A DNA stretch of 64,000 bases, taken from the IMG/VR virus record IMGVR_UViG_3300038443_001768; one strand, written 5' to 3'. Within the stretch, counting starts at the first letter, position 1. Each line of letters begins with the position of its first letter. Below, piece by piece: positions 54,546-62,893 of this stretch. This stretch comes from a virus. Made by a program: the position numbers and the translations under genes. The notes below the pieces were generated by a model, which saw nothing but the letters and a program-made list of their open reading frames with translations, had not been told where the DNA came from and searched no databases.

Positions 54546-54574
54546 TTGACATGGCCGACTTGATCGACTAACTT
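54546..54574 (+). promoter_or_regulatory. Sigma70-type promoter (leaderless)
   Basis: TTGACA-N17-TAACTT-N7-ATG. Confidence 0.8.
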
Positions 54575-54581
54575 AGTCGCT

Positions 54582-54776
54582 ATGGCCGACTACTTCAGGA
54601 CACGCGAGGAGGCCCGCCGAGCCGCCGCCGAACTGAACGCCCGACCTGAGGCAGATCTTGTTGTTCGGTTCGCGCCCACCGAGGCCGAGCCAGAACATCG
54701 TCAGCGCGGCGAGCGGTGGCGTCTGATCGAACTTCAGCCAACGCGTCAACTTCCGCCAGGCCTGCGGCCGTCGTGA
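54582..54776 (+). CDS. Hypothetical protein
   Basis: Leaderless start. Confidence 0.7.
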   Translation: MADYFRTREEARRAAAELNARPEADLVVRFAPTEAEPEHRQRGERWRLIELQPTRQLPPGLRPS

Positions 54777-54924
54777 GGACCATCAGGTTAGGGCCGCTCG
54801 TCCTAAGGGCGGCCGCCGAGCCACGTAACTGGCAGTGCTTCAACTGCGGGCGGCGATGGACGTTTTCCGAACTCACAGAGCGCGGCCTCAGCCCTTGCTG
54901 CACCTACATCGCCAAGAGGAACCC

Positions 54925-55575
54925 ATGAAGGCCAACGAGATCGACAACTACATCAACTCATCGACATCGGTCTCGGTGTGGATCAAGCCGGTCGCGTGGA
55001 GCACGACGAAGCGCGAGATCAAGGCCATCCCCTTGGCGCGTGACGGACGGCGCGTCCATGTACGGCTCGTGGGACAGGAGATCCCCAACGATCTCTACAG
55101 AGGCAAGACCGCAACGCTCAAGGAGCGCGAGGAGTGGGTGTCCACGAACGCCGTCTGGTCTGATTGGGCGTCAGTGGAGGAGAACCGCGCCCGCAAGGCC
55201 GCTGAGCAGGAAGAACAGCAGCAGCGCTGGCTCGCCGAATACGCGGCCGAGAAAGCCGCTAAGCGTGCCGCTGTTGAGAAGTGGTCACAGCCGCTGCGCG
55301 GGATCGAGATCGCCAAAGACGTCGACACCTCGAACTGGCCGACCAGCCGCTGGGACGACTTCACCTGCGATCTTGCCGAGGTTCTCATCGACTGCTTCGA
55401 GGCTTCCAAGACCATCACTGTCCGCGAGCCCTTGATGGTGAAGATCGCCAACGCGGTCGGCGCGCTTCGTGATGAGATCGAGGAACTCAACGATCGAGCG
55501 CTTGACCTCCAGCAGGCCGCCAATCGCGCCGCCGCCGATGCGCAGTTCTGGGCCGACGAGGCGCACGGAGAATGA
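54925..55575 (+). CDS. Hypothetical protein with coiled coils
   Basis: GAGGA RBS. Confidence 0.75.
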   Translation: MKANEIDNYINSSTSVSVWIKPVAWSTTKREIKAIPLARDGRRVHVRLVGQEIPNDLYRGKTATLKEREEWVSTNAVWSDWASVEENRARKAAEQEEQQQRWLAEYAAEKAAKRAAVEKWSQPLRGIEIAKDVDTSNWPTSRWDDFTCDLAEVLIDCFEASKTITVREPLMVKIANAVGALRDEIEELNDRALDLQQAANRAAADAQFWADEAHGE

Positions 55576-55799
55576 GACTCGACCACGTCGCGCAGGCCTT
55601 GGAGCGTGCGTTCTCGATCTATGACGAGTACATCGAGCGCGGCTCGTCGCGCTCCAGCGCAGCAACCCTAACGGCGTCGGCGATCCGTGTCGAGCGACAC
55701 AAGCTCGTAGCCCTGCTCAACGATCGCGACGCCGGCATCATTGGCGGCTCAGGTAGTCAGATCACACGGTGCGTTGTTGACGCCCGCGCGGCTGCTTGA
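55572..55799 (+). CDS. Hypothetical protein
   Basis: ATGA overlap. Confidence 0.65.
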   Translation: MRLDHVAQALERAFSIYDEYIERGSSRSSAATLTASAIRVERHKLVALLNDRDAGIIGGSGSQITRCVVDARAAA

Positions 55800-55805
55800 T
55801 ACGCT
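55777..55805 (+). promoter_or_regulatory. Sigma70-type promoter (leaderless)
   Basis: TTGACG-N17-TACGCT-N6-GTG. Confidence 0.7.
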
Positions 55806-55811
55806 CAACGT

Positions 55812-55994
55812 GTGAAGCGACCGCCGCGCCGCAATCGTGAGCTTGATGACTATCGGAGTCCCTCCGAGGTCACGCTGCGCGCGCTTCAACATCCAGGGGC
55901 TGGCCGTCATCGTCGTTCTCGTGAGGATGAGAACCGACGCCGTGGTCGCCTCAGCGGCGCAGAGCGACGCCGCATCATGTCCGACCTAGACTGA
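55812..55994 (+). CDS. Small basic protein
   Basis: GAGRH + Arg-rich. Confidence 0.65.
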   Translation: MKRPPRRNRELDDYRSPSEVTLRALQHPGAGRHRRSREDENRRRGRLSGAERRRIMSDLD

Positions 55995-56007
55995 AAGGAA
56001 CCCCAAC

Positions 56008-56247
56008 ATGCCCAACGTGATCGTGATCACGGCCGGCCTCGAAGACGTGCGCATCGAGAAGATGCCTGAATCCACGCTCCTGTCTCGGCTTGAGGACAAT
56101 TACTACGGACAGAACCCTATTTTCCTCAACGAGACCAACGCCGCCACAGATCCCAACTACTGGTCCGAGGGATCGATCCTCGTCATCAAGGGCGAGATCA
56201 CGCCGCCGCGGGCGATCCAGCACGTGACGAAGTACTCACTGGCGTGA
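56008..56247 (+). CDS. Hypothetical protein
   Basis: AAAGGA RBS. Confidence 0.75.
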   Translation: MPNVIVITAGLEDVRIEKMPESTLLSRLEDNYYGQNPIFLNETNAATDPNYWSEGSILVIKGEITPPRAIQHVTKYSLA

Positions 56248-56477
56248 GCGACGCACCGAAGGGCCTGCGGTTTGAGGTGTTCGGCGAGTACTACGACGTG
56301 CCGCCAAAGAACGCTCGAAACATCGGCTTCGGGTTCCGCTGGCGTCTCGTCGGTGCTGACGGCGAGGTCGCTGTTTCGCCCGAGCACTTCACGAGCGTCG
56401 AGGAGGCGCGTTCTCATATCGCGGCCAACCGAGGCCGCTTGAAGGCCGCGTCTCGCTCGAAGGTCTACGATGTCTGA
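56244..56477 (+). CDS. YegP/DUF1508-like protein
   Basis: FEVF...FRWRLVGADGEV..S.E.FTS.EEA. Confidence 0.7.
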   Translation: MSDAPKGLRFEVFGEYYDVPPKNARNIGFGFRWRLVGADGEVAVSPEHFTSVEEARSHIAANRGRLKAASRSKVYDV

Positions 56478-56928
56478 GTTCGAGTACTCGCTTGGCAATG
56501 CTATCGCCGTTGCCGCCGATGTTCATCGCGGCCAACGCGACAAGGCCGGCGAAGACTACATCCTTCACCCGCTGGCCGTCATGGCCATGGTTGCGCCTGA
56601 TCGCGACGCCATGATCGTAGCGGTATTGCACGACGTCCTCGAAGACTGCGAGCCGTCGCGCCTGCGGGCTGTTCGCTACGGGCTGGAACGTTCGTTTCCG
56701 TCGTGGATCATCGAAGCCCTCGATGCGCTCACCAAGCGCAAGGACGAGCCCTACGAGGAGGCCATCGAACGTGCCGCCGATAACTACCTGGCGCGCAAGG
56801 TGAAGATTGCTGATCTGACCCACAATCTAGATCCCCGCCGCATCCCGGCGTCGCAGATCGTGGACAAGGATTTCGCTCGGTGGGATCGCTACCGCAGAGC
56901 GTTGATCAGGCTGGAACGCACGCACTGA
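56470..56928 (+). CDS. HD-domain hydrolase (SpoT/Mesh1-like small alarmone hydrolase fold)
   Basis: HRGQRDKAGEDYILHP; AVLHDVLED; VKIADLTHN. Confidence 0.88.
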   Translation: MSEFEYSLGNAIAVAADVHRGQRDKAGEDYILHPLAVMAMVAPDRDAMIVAVLHDVLEDCEPSRLRAVRYGLERSFPSWIIEALDALTKRKDEPYEEAIERAADNYLARKVKIADLTHNLDPRRIPASQIVDKDFARWDRYRRALIRLERTH

Positions 56929-57206
56929 TGGAGATCAATGTTTGGTACGACCCGAACGCACGCGATGTCCTCGCTAGGATTGCACCCGGCTGGCGTTGGC
57001 AGGTCATTGATGATGACTATGTAGCTGCGTCTGGGATTGTACGAAATAGCGGTCGCCCGTTCGGTCACCGCAAGGTGGCGATAAAACGCGCACGCTCTAC
57101 GGCAAAGAAGCTGTCACTCGCGCATCGCGAGGAGTTCGTGTCAGTTGAGACGCACGATGCGCTTATGCGGCGTATCGAGAAACTTGAACAGGAAGTGATG
57201 GCCTGA
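56928..57206 (+). CDS. Hypothetical protein
   Basis: TGATG overlap. Confidence 0.65.
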   Translation: MEINVWYDPNARDVLARIAPGWRWQVIDDDYVAASGIVRNSGRPFGHRKVAIKRARSTAKKLSLAHREEFVSVETHDALMRRIEKLEQEVMA

Positions 57207-57405
57207 TCGACTTCGTCGATATGGAGCGGATGAAGCTATCCTCCGATCCCAACACATGTGCGCTGTGGTTGGCGTTGACGACGCTTCAGGAGATCTCCTT
57301 CAACAACGCCGACGCCGACGTTCGAGCCCATCGCGCGCTCGGGCAGATCGGCCGCTACCTCGAACAACACCGACAGGCCTTCGAGGCCTGAGAAAGGCAA
57401 CGACC

Positions 57406-58014
57406 TTGAGCACCGCTCTCATCGTGGTTGATGTTCAGAACGACTTCCTCCCTGGTGGCGCGCTCGCTGTCCCTGACGGAGATGAGGTCATTGCGCCGAT
57501 CATCGAGTTCGGGCACAATGCCCTCGTTGATGTCGTTGTCATGACGCAGGATTGGCACGACGCCGACCATGTTGGTCACCGACGCGCCGCCCGAGGCGAG
57601 ACTCCGACCTACACGGATGGCGATTGGCCCGTGCACTGCGTCGCCGGCCTGAGTGGCGCTAATATCGCGTTCAGTCTCAGACACGCCTTCAATGACGCGC
57701 CCGTGTTCCGTAAGGGCACCGACCGTGACGCGGAGGCATACTCGGCCTTCGCTGGGAAGCTTGGCGATATCGGGCTCGACGACTACTTTCGCGCAGAGGG
57801 CGTCGATCAGGTCTTCGTCGCCGGCCTGGCACTCGACTTCTGCGTCCGCCAGACCGCGCTTGACGCATTTGGTCTCGGATACCACACGACCGTCCTGGCT
57901 GACGCGACGCGCCCAGTTACGTATCTTGGCGGTGTGCTCACAGGGGCCAACTTCGGCCGCTATCAGGGCAACGGCCTAGAGGTCGATACCGTTGAGGCTG
58001 TTCTCGAACCCTAG
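57406..58014 (+). CDS. pncA: Nicotinamidase/pyrazinamidase (isochorismatase family)
   Basis: VVDVQNDF.PGGAL; TQDWH; WPVHCV; KG...YSAF; GLALDFCV (D-K-C triad). Confidence 0.9.
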   Translation: MSTALIVVDVQNDFLPGGALAVPDGDEVIAPIIEFGHNALVDVVVMTQDWHDADHVGHRRAARGETPTYTDGDWPVHCVAGLSGANIAFSLRHAFNDAPVFRKGTDRDAEAYSAFAGKLGDIGLDDYFRAEGVDQVFVAGLALDFCVRQTALDAFGLGYHTTVLADATRPVTYLGGVLTGANFGRYQGNGLEVDTVEAVLEP

Positions 58015-58016
58015 GC

Positions 58017-58044
58017 TTGACATCTAGGTAAAACAGTGTAACCT
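58017..58044 (+). promoter_or_regulatory. Sigma70-type promoter
   Basis: TTGACA-N16-TAACCT. Confidence 0.7.
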
Positions 58045-58054
58045 TCTATAGGTC

Positions 58055-58175
58055 TCCGAATCGACTGGCCGCGACCTCCAGGTAAGGAGCGAGGGGAGCG
58101 CAGGTCCGGTCCTAATTTGAGCAGCACCACCCCGGCGCGCGGAGTCTTACACAACCTGCTCGCCAGCGGTTCGGA
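58055..58175 (+). ncRNA. Candidate pseudoknotted structured RNA (121 nt)
   Basis: Closing stem TCCGAATCG-A-CTGGC/GCCAG-CGGTTCGGA; hairpin CTCC-AGGTAA-GGAG; GCAGGT/ACCTGC; GTAAG/CTTAC pseudoknot. Confidence 0.6.
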
Positions 58176-58240
58176 TAAGAAAGGAACGAGTTGATCAGAA
58201 AGCAGTTCGAGAAGCAGGCCGCCACGGTAGGACGCGCCTG

Positions 58241-58558
58241 ATGGCGTCCTTTGACTTCACAGAGGTCATCTCTGTGCGCGCTAACCCCAGCGGCCACGAA
58301 TGCGCAGCCGAAGCCGAGATCCTCGTCATGGGCCGCCGCATCGGCTTCGTCGGTGGCTCACGATACGCGAGCACTGTCATCGAGGCCGCCGAAGACGCGA
58401 TCTTCGATGCCTTGAAGCCTTTGATCGCAGCTATTCAAGAGCATCCTGGCGTCGAGCGGGTTTCTCGGTTCTGGACCGACGATGTCGACATCGAGGACTA
58501 CGAGGAACCTGACGACGACGTCCGCATCCCCAACGATCAGTGGTTCGCCAATGCCTGA
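58241..58558 (+). CDS. Hypothetical protein
   Basis: AGGA RBS. Confidence 0.65.
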   Translation: MASFDFTEVISVRANPSGHECAAEAEILVMGRRIGFVGGSRYASTVIEAAEDAIFDALKPLIAAIQEHPGVERVSRFWTDDVDIEDYEEPDDDVRIPNDQWFANA

Positions 58559-58745
58559 TCAGGAAAGCGCCGACCTGCTCAGCCGCGTCGCTCGTCTTGA
58601 GGAGTCGCTGCGCTCAATTAGAGACATTCAGGAGGCCCTGCCGGCCTGGGTCCGGCTCAAAGACCTCAACAACTCCAACACCGCGATCAGACGCATCGTG
58701 AATAGAGCCCTACTCGACACGAGCGTCAATTCTTTTGATGCGTAG
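58551..58745 (+). CDS. Hypothetical protein
   Basis: Overlapping ORF. Confidence 0.6.
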   Translation: MPDQESADLLSRVARLEESLRSIRDIQEALPAWVRLKDLNNSNTAIRRIVNRALLDTSVNSFDA

Positions 58746-58974
58746 ATGGCTTGCCGGATGCTTGGCCGCGCTGTTCCTGCGCCCGACCTCGACGGTCCCG
58801 CTCGACGTGATCGAGCACGGCGACCCAGACGTCGATGACATGTGGCGGCGCGCGCTCGTCCGAGGGCGCCTTCAACCGGAGGCGTCGCCGGTTGACCCTG
58901 ATGCGAACCGCGAGGCCCTCATCGATATCGCTCCGGAGGAGTTCTGGCGCGAAATCGAACGCTCTGTAACCTAA
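58738..58974 (+). CDS. Hypothetical protein
   Basis: Overlapping ORF. Confidence 0.6.
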   Translation: MRRWLAGCLAALFLRPTSTVPLDVIEHGDPDVDDMWRRALVRGRLQPEASPVDPDANREALIDIAPEEFWREIERSVT

Positions 58975-58978
58975 AACG

Positions 58979-59278
58979 ATGAAAGGAATCACGTTGACTC
59001 TAACCGATAAGTCGGCCCGCGAGCTTGCCACGCAGGTCGTGAAGGACAATCGAGCCGCGCGCGTCAAGTTCGGCCGCACCAACGGCGCGCCGCGTCTTCA
59101 CGTGATGGTGCCGCCCGAGTCAGCGCCTGAGTGTGATCCGACGCGGGCCTCGTTCACGCTGCGCAGCGCCAATGACTGGTCTACATGCCCGCTCAATCAG
59201 CGCATCACACGCAATCGAGACATGGCCGCCGCGCAGCCGACGGAGGCCTTGATGGCCTCGAACGGAAAGAAGCGGTGA
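58979..59278 (+). CDS. Hypothetical protein
   Basis: ORF in operon. Confidence 0.65.
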   Translation: MKGITLTLTDKSARELATQVVKDNRAARVKFGRTNGAPRLHVMVPPESAPECDPTRASFTLRSANDWSTCPLNQRITRNRDMAAAQPTEALMASNGKKR

Positions 59279-59285
59279 GTGTCTG

Positions 59286-59483
59286 ATGCCCGAGGCCTAT
59301 ATCTCTCTCGATCTCAGTGCCGGCGAGGCGCGGTCAGTGATGTCGGTGCTGGGAAGGGTCAGCTACGATGCCCTCATCGAGGGCGAAGCTGATCATGACA
59401 TTCTCACCGTATATGAGGCCTTGTTGAGCGTCGTGGGGCGCATTCCTTTCGGTACGCCAAATTTGGTGAACGAGAATGCGTAG
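59286..59483 (+). CDS. Hypothetical protein
   Basis: ORF in operon. Confidence 0.65.
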   Translation: MPEAYISLDLSAGEARSVMSVLGRVSYDALIEGEADHDILTVYEALLSVVGRIPFGTPNLVNENA

Positions 59484-59756
59484 CCGAATCGTTCATCTAC
59501 TCGCTGTGCTCATCATGGTCTCAGCGGCTTTGATCGTAATCGGCGCTGGAATCCATACAGCGATTCATTAGATGGCTATCGGCGGGGTCGTATACGCTCC
59601 GGCCGACGCGGCAATCACAGCCGCACTGAGTACGCTCTTCTCTTGCGGCCCTCACGATGAGGAACGCCTACGACGTCCGTCAGTACGGCGCTGGCGCTGC
59701 TGGTTCTGTAAGAGAAACCGCGACGGACGCGTACGCTGCGGCTGTCGCGACGGCTG

Positions 59757-59852
59757 TTAGCCCGCGAATAGCGCTAGGACCTCAAGGGCGCAAACGACGA
59801 CCACGTAGACTGCTAGTGGTCGATGGCTCTTGAGATAGCTCTTCTTGATCAT
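59757..59852 (-). CDS. 31-aa membrane peptide
   Basis: MIKKSYLKSHRPLAVYVVVVCALEVLALFAG; ATGA overlap with upstream gene. Confidence 0.5.
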   Translation of the reverse strand: MIKKSYLKSHRPLAVYVVVVCALEVLALFAG

Positions 59853-60022
59853 TCGTTGTCCCCATCGCCGGGCGGCTTCAAGAATACCGGCAACCCCATC
59901 ATGGCGGCGAACAGAAGAATCAGTGTCGGTCGTTCCTGCCCCGACGCGAATGTCTCGTGGAGAAATCCCGTCATTCCGCCCAGGAACAACATCATGTCTC
60001 GTAGCACTGGCCATCTGTTCAT
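59849..60022 (-). CDS. 57-aa two-TM membrane protein (holin-like actinophage type)
   Basis: MNRWPVLRDMMLFLGGMTGFLHETFASGQERPTLILLFAAMMGLPVFL...; below ORF-track size cutoff. Confidence 0.65.
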   Translation of the reverse strand: MNRWPVLRDMMLFLGGMTGFLHETFASGQERPTLILLFAAMMGLPVFLKPPGDGDNE

Positions 60023-60133
60023 GTCTCATAGGTCACGCGTAGAGCGGATTGGTCAAGGTCCCTCACAAGGCCTAAATAGTATCAGCGAGGTCGGCATCAA
60101 GACCTACGGTCCAGTAAACAGGAAAGGATTACA

Positions 60134-60484
60134 ATGGCAGCAAGCTCGTCGACACGGCCGTCAACGATCACTTACACATATCACGACCCGTCTCGCACTT
60201 TTGACGGGACGCCTTACGAGGCCGCAGGCCTGGCTATCGATCAGGCGACCTCTGTGGCGAAGCTCCTTCAACGCGCGCTACGAGACACGCATGTACAGGT
60301 CCGCAACGCCCACATGCAGCGAAATCTCGATCTGGGCGGGCAACCCGACGCAGACCCATGGGACAACTCGGCGCAGAAGCGACTACTGGACTCGTTCGCC
60401 TCGCAGACCACGGACATCCATCACAGACTGAGAATGCTCCGTAAGGCCGCCGTCTATGACCCAAAGAACCCACCGAAGGCGTAG
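60134..60484 (+). CDS. Hypothetical protein
   Basis: AAAGGA RBS. Confidence 0.7.
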   Translation: MAASSSTRPSTITYTYHDPSRTFDGTPYEAAGLAIDQATSVAKLLQRALRDTHVQVRNAHMQRNLDLGGQPDADPWDNSAQKRLLDSFASQTTDIHHRLRMLRKAAVYDPKNPPKA

Positions 60485-60689
60485 CGCCTTGGAGGCGTCC
60501 GTATACGGCGTTCCGATCGTCACGTCACGTTTCGTCGAGCCTGGGAAGATGATGCTCTTCAACGGCCAGGTCATGATGCGCCCAGTAGACTGGCTGCGCG
60601 TCAGGTACCCGCGCTCGCCCGTATGGTGCTCGCGCACGCTCGGCCATCGAGAGCTTGAGCGCGAACGCCGCCTCCGACGCCGAGGTTGA
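60456..60689 (+). CDS. Hypothetical protein
   Basis: VYGVPIVTSRFVEPG. Confidence 0.55.
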   Translation: MTQRTHRRRSALEASVYGVPIVTSRFVEPGKMMLFNGQVMMRPVDWLRVRYPRSPVWCSRTLGHRELERERRLRRRG

Positions 60690-60813
60690 CAATCTGGTAG
60701 TCTTGTGGTAGCCGCTGACCGAGGCAAAGGTCGGGTTGGGAGACATCGCCCTCAGGGCGTCTCGTGTAGGTCCGGCGGCTCATCACATCCTCACTACTAG
60801 GGAGACAGACCCT

Positions 60814-61161
60814 TTGACACCTGTACTGAGCGGGCTCACTGATGGGCAGCGCAATGTCTTGCGCGCGTTCTACGAGTTCGGACCAATGGACGACACGGCC
60901 CTGACCGTGTACGTGCACCACGTGGCCGATAAGGCCATGTCTAGTTCTGGCATTCGCACGCGACGCGCGGAACTAACGCGCACTGCGCCACCGCTGCTTC
61001 AGGCAGTGGACACGAAGCGGCTCAAGTCCGGTCGTCGCGCCGCGATTCACGCGCTGACACCGACGGGCTACGCGTTGGCCTCACAGGCCGCGTTCGCTGA
61101 GCAGGTCAACACGGCCGGCGTTGAGTCGCCTGTTCGCCGCCTACAGTTGGTTGCCGCGTGA
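60814..61161 (+). CDS. Winged-helix DNA-binding protein (putative)
   Basis: GPMDD..L...SSSGIRTRRAEL...KSGRRA.IHALT; GGGAG RBS. Confidence 0.7.
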   Translation: MTPVLSGLTDGQRNVLRAFYEFGPMDDTALTVYVHHVADKAMSSSGIRTRRAELTRTAPPLLQAVDTKRLKSGRRAAIHALTPTGYALASQAAFAEQVNTAGVESPVRRLQLVAA

Positions 61162-61352
61162 GGGTCTGGATTTACCCGGCCAACGACGCACCGGAAGACC
61201 CGATCGAGATCGTCAACGTTGAGCGAATTTCGCTCATCGATGGCGAATCGCACGGCTCTGGGAGCAACTTCGGAGTCACCAACGGTTTCAAGGGCCGGCT
61301 CGTGTGGGTCTCATCGCCCAATGTGGCCGCTGTCGTTGTAGACGTCGTCTAG
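61158..61352 (+). CDS. Hypothetical protein
   Basis: GTGA overlap. Confidence 0.65.
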   Translation: MRVWIYPANDAPEDPIEIVNVERISLIDGESHGSGSNFGVTNGFKGRLVWVSSPNVAAVVVDVV

Positions 61353-61353
61353 G

Positions 61354-61821
61354 TTGGCTGCCAACAATGGGGAACTCGTTCGCGAGTTCCACCGCTATTT
61401 CGGACTGCCTGTACGGGATGAGTTCACGGAGATCTCGTCGGATGAGATCGACTTCCGGTTGACTCTGCTCACCGAGGAGTACCTTGAAGTGATGGAGGCC
61501 TTTGGTCGACCAGTGACAGTCGAGCGCGTGCCGTACGACACCGACCCAGACTTCGTTGAGGGCTACAAGGAACTCTCCGATCTCGAATACGTCCTGCACG
61601 GGTTCGACATGCACCTCGGGCAAAAGCTTGACGAGGTGTTCGCTGAAACGCACCGCTCCAACATGAGCAAGCTCTGGGAGTGCGAGTGTGGCGTCGAGGA
61701 CAGCACTTGTCAGCAGTGTAACGGAACAGGCGAGTATGTCAAGCGGCGCGAGGACGGAAAGATCCTGAAGAGCCCGACCTACTCAAGAGCCAACATCGCT
61801 CCGATCTTGGAGGACAACTAA
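61354..61821 (+). CDS. MazG-like nucleotide pyrophosphohydrolase (PRA-PH/dUTPase-like all-alpha)
   Basis: VREFH; LLTEEYLE; KELSDLEYV; HRSNMSK; REDGKILK. Confidence 0.88.
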   Translation: MAANNGELVREFHRYFGLPVRDEFTEISSDEIDFRLTLLTEEYLEVMEAFGRPVTVERVPYDTDPDFVEGYKELSDLEYVLHGFDMHLGQKLDEVFAETHRSNMSKLWECECGVEDSTCQQCNGTGEYVKRREDGKILKSPTYSRANIAPILEDN

Positions 61822-62264
61822 TGGGACGAATCAAGAGGATTTTCACGCAAGGCGGCACCAACAAGGGCGAGGAACGCGAACTCGACATGGATGAGTTCTA
61901 CGACTCCGTGTGGGCCGCAGTGCCCGACGACCTCAAGGCTGAGGGCATCGCCGTCCTCCGCCGTGAGATCAAGGACCCTGCGTTCTTTCACGCTGTCAGC
62001 GAAGGCATCCGTCAGCACGGACTCCGTGAGTGGGATCGACATCCTCCGTTCGCGGCGGAGATTGAAGTCGGCGGCGAAACCATGACCTACCCGTGGCACT
62101 TCGGCGGCGGCATGGGCATTCGCAATCTGCTCCGTCAGGGCGGCGTCACCGACGACCGACTGCCTGACAACGCAACCGACATCTACTACGGTGAAGGCAC
62201 GAACGTCAAGAACCTCGACGACTACTACATGCAGTGGCTTGAGGCCGCCGTGGGGGCTCGATGA
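61821..62264 (+). CDS. Hypothetical protein
   Basis: WHFGGGMGIRNLLR...LDDYY. Confidence 0.75.
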   Translation: MGRIKRIFTQGGTNKGEERELDMDEFYDSVWAAVPDDLKAEGIAVLRREIKDPAFFHAVSEGIRQHGLREWDRHPPFAAEIEVGGETMTYPWHFGGGMGIRNLLRQGGVTDDRLPDNATDIYYGEGTNVKNLDDYYMQWLEAAVGAR

Positions 62265-62893
62265 GGAGAGAGGAGGCCGGGCGCTTGAAGGAGCAGCTAC
62301 TTCGCGATATGCGACGTCCTAGCGGCACGCTGCGCGTTGGCTTCCACGCCGGTCCCGGCACCGGCAAGTCGACCACGTCGGCGCTCGTCTTTGGCGCGCT
62401 CAAGCAGCGAGGCCGCAACGTCGAGATGTCACACGAGTATGCGAAGGACTTGACGTGGGAGCAACGCTCAGCCGCGCTCGCCTATCAGCCATACATTGTG
62501 GCGAAGCAGATGTGGCGAGAACGCCGACTAGATGGCCAGGTTGAGGCGATCCTCACCGACACCTCGACGCTGTACTCGTTCATCTATGGCACCGAAGAGA
62601 ACGGCGTCACACCGGCGTTCAAGTCCTGGGTTTTGAGCGAGTACTTCAAGGTACCGCGCCTGGACTTCTTCCTACTTCGCGATCACGAGCGCCCCTACAA
62701 CGAGAAGGGCCGTAATCAGACGCGCGAAGAGGCCGAGGCCCTGGATGCTCCGATCCGTAACTTGCTCATCGAGCACGGCGTCGTCCACGATCTCATCGCA
62801 GTCGATGCGAAGAACAACTCACACATCGACTACATCGTTGATCGCGTCGAGCAGGCGCTTTCGCTTCAGCGGATGTTTGGTGATGAAGCCTAG
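62261..62893 (+). CDS. NadR/Ttd14-like P-loop kinase/ATPase
   Basis: GPGTGKST Walker A; EYAKDLTWE; YNEKGRNQT. Confidence 0.82.
   Translation: MRREEAGRLKEQLLRDMRRPSGTLRVGFHAGPGTGKSTTSALVFGALKQRGRNVEMSHEYAKDLTWEQRSAALAYQPYIVAKQMWRERRLDGQVEAILTDTSTLYSFIYGTEENGVTPAFKSWVLSEYFKVPRLDFFLLRDHERPYNEKGRNQTREEAEALDAPIRNLLIEHGVVHDLIAVDAKNNSHIDYIVDRVEQALSLQRMFGDEA

Noticed and set aside
56470-62893. Canonical NARP1/NARP2 NAD reconstitution pathway
   Set aside because: No Adps/Namat or Nampt/Nmnat-like ORF recognised; PncA is a different chemistry
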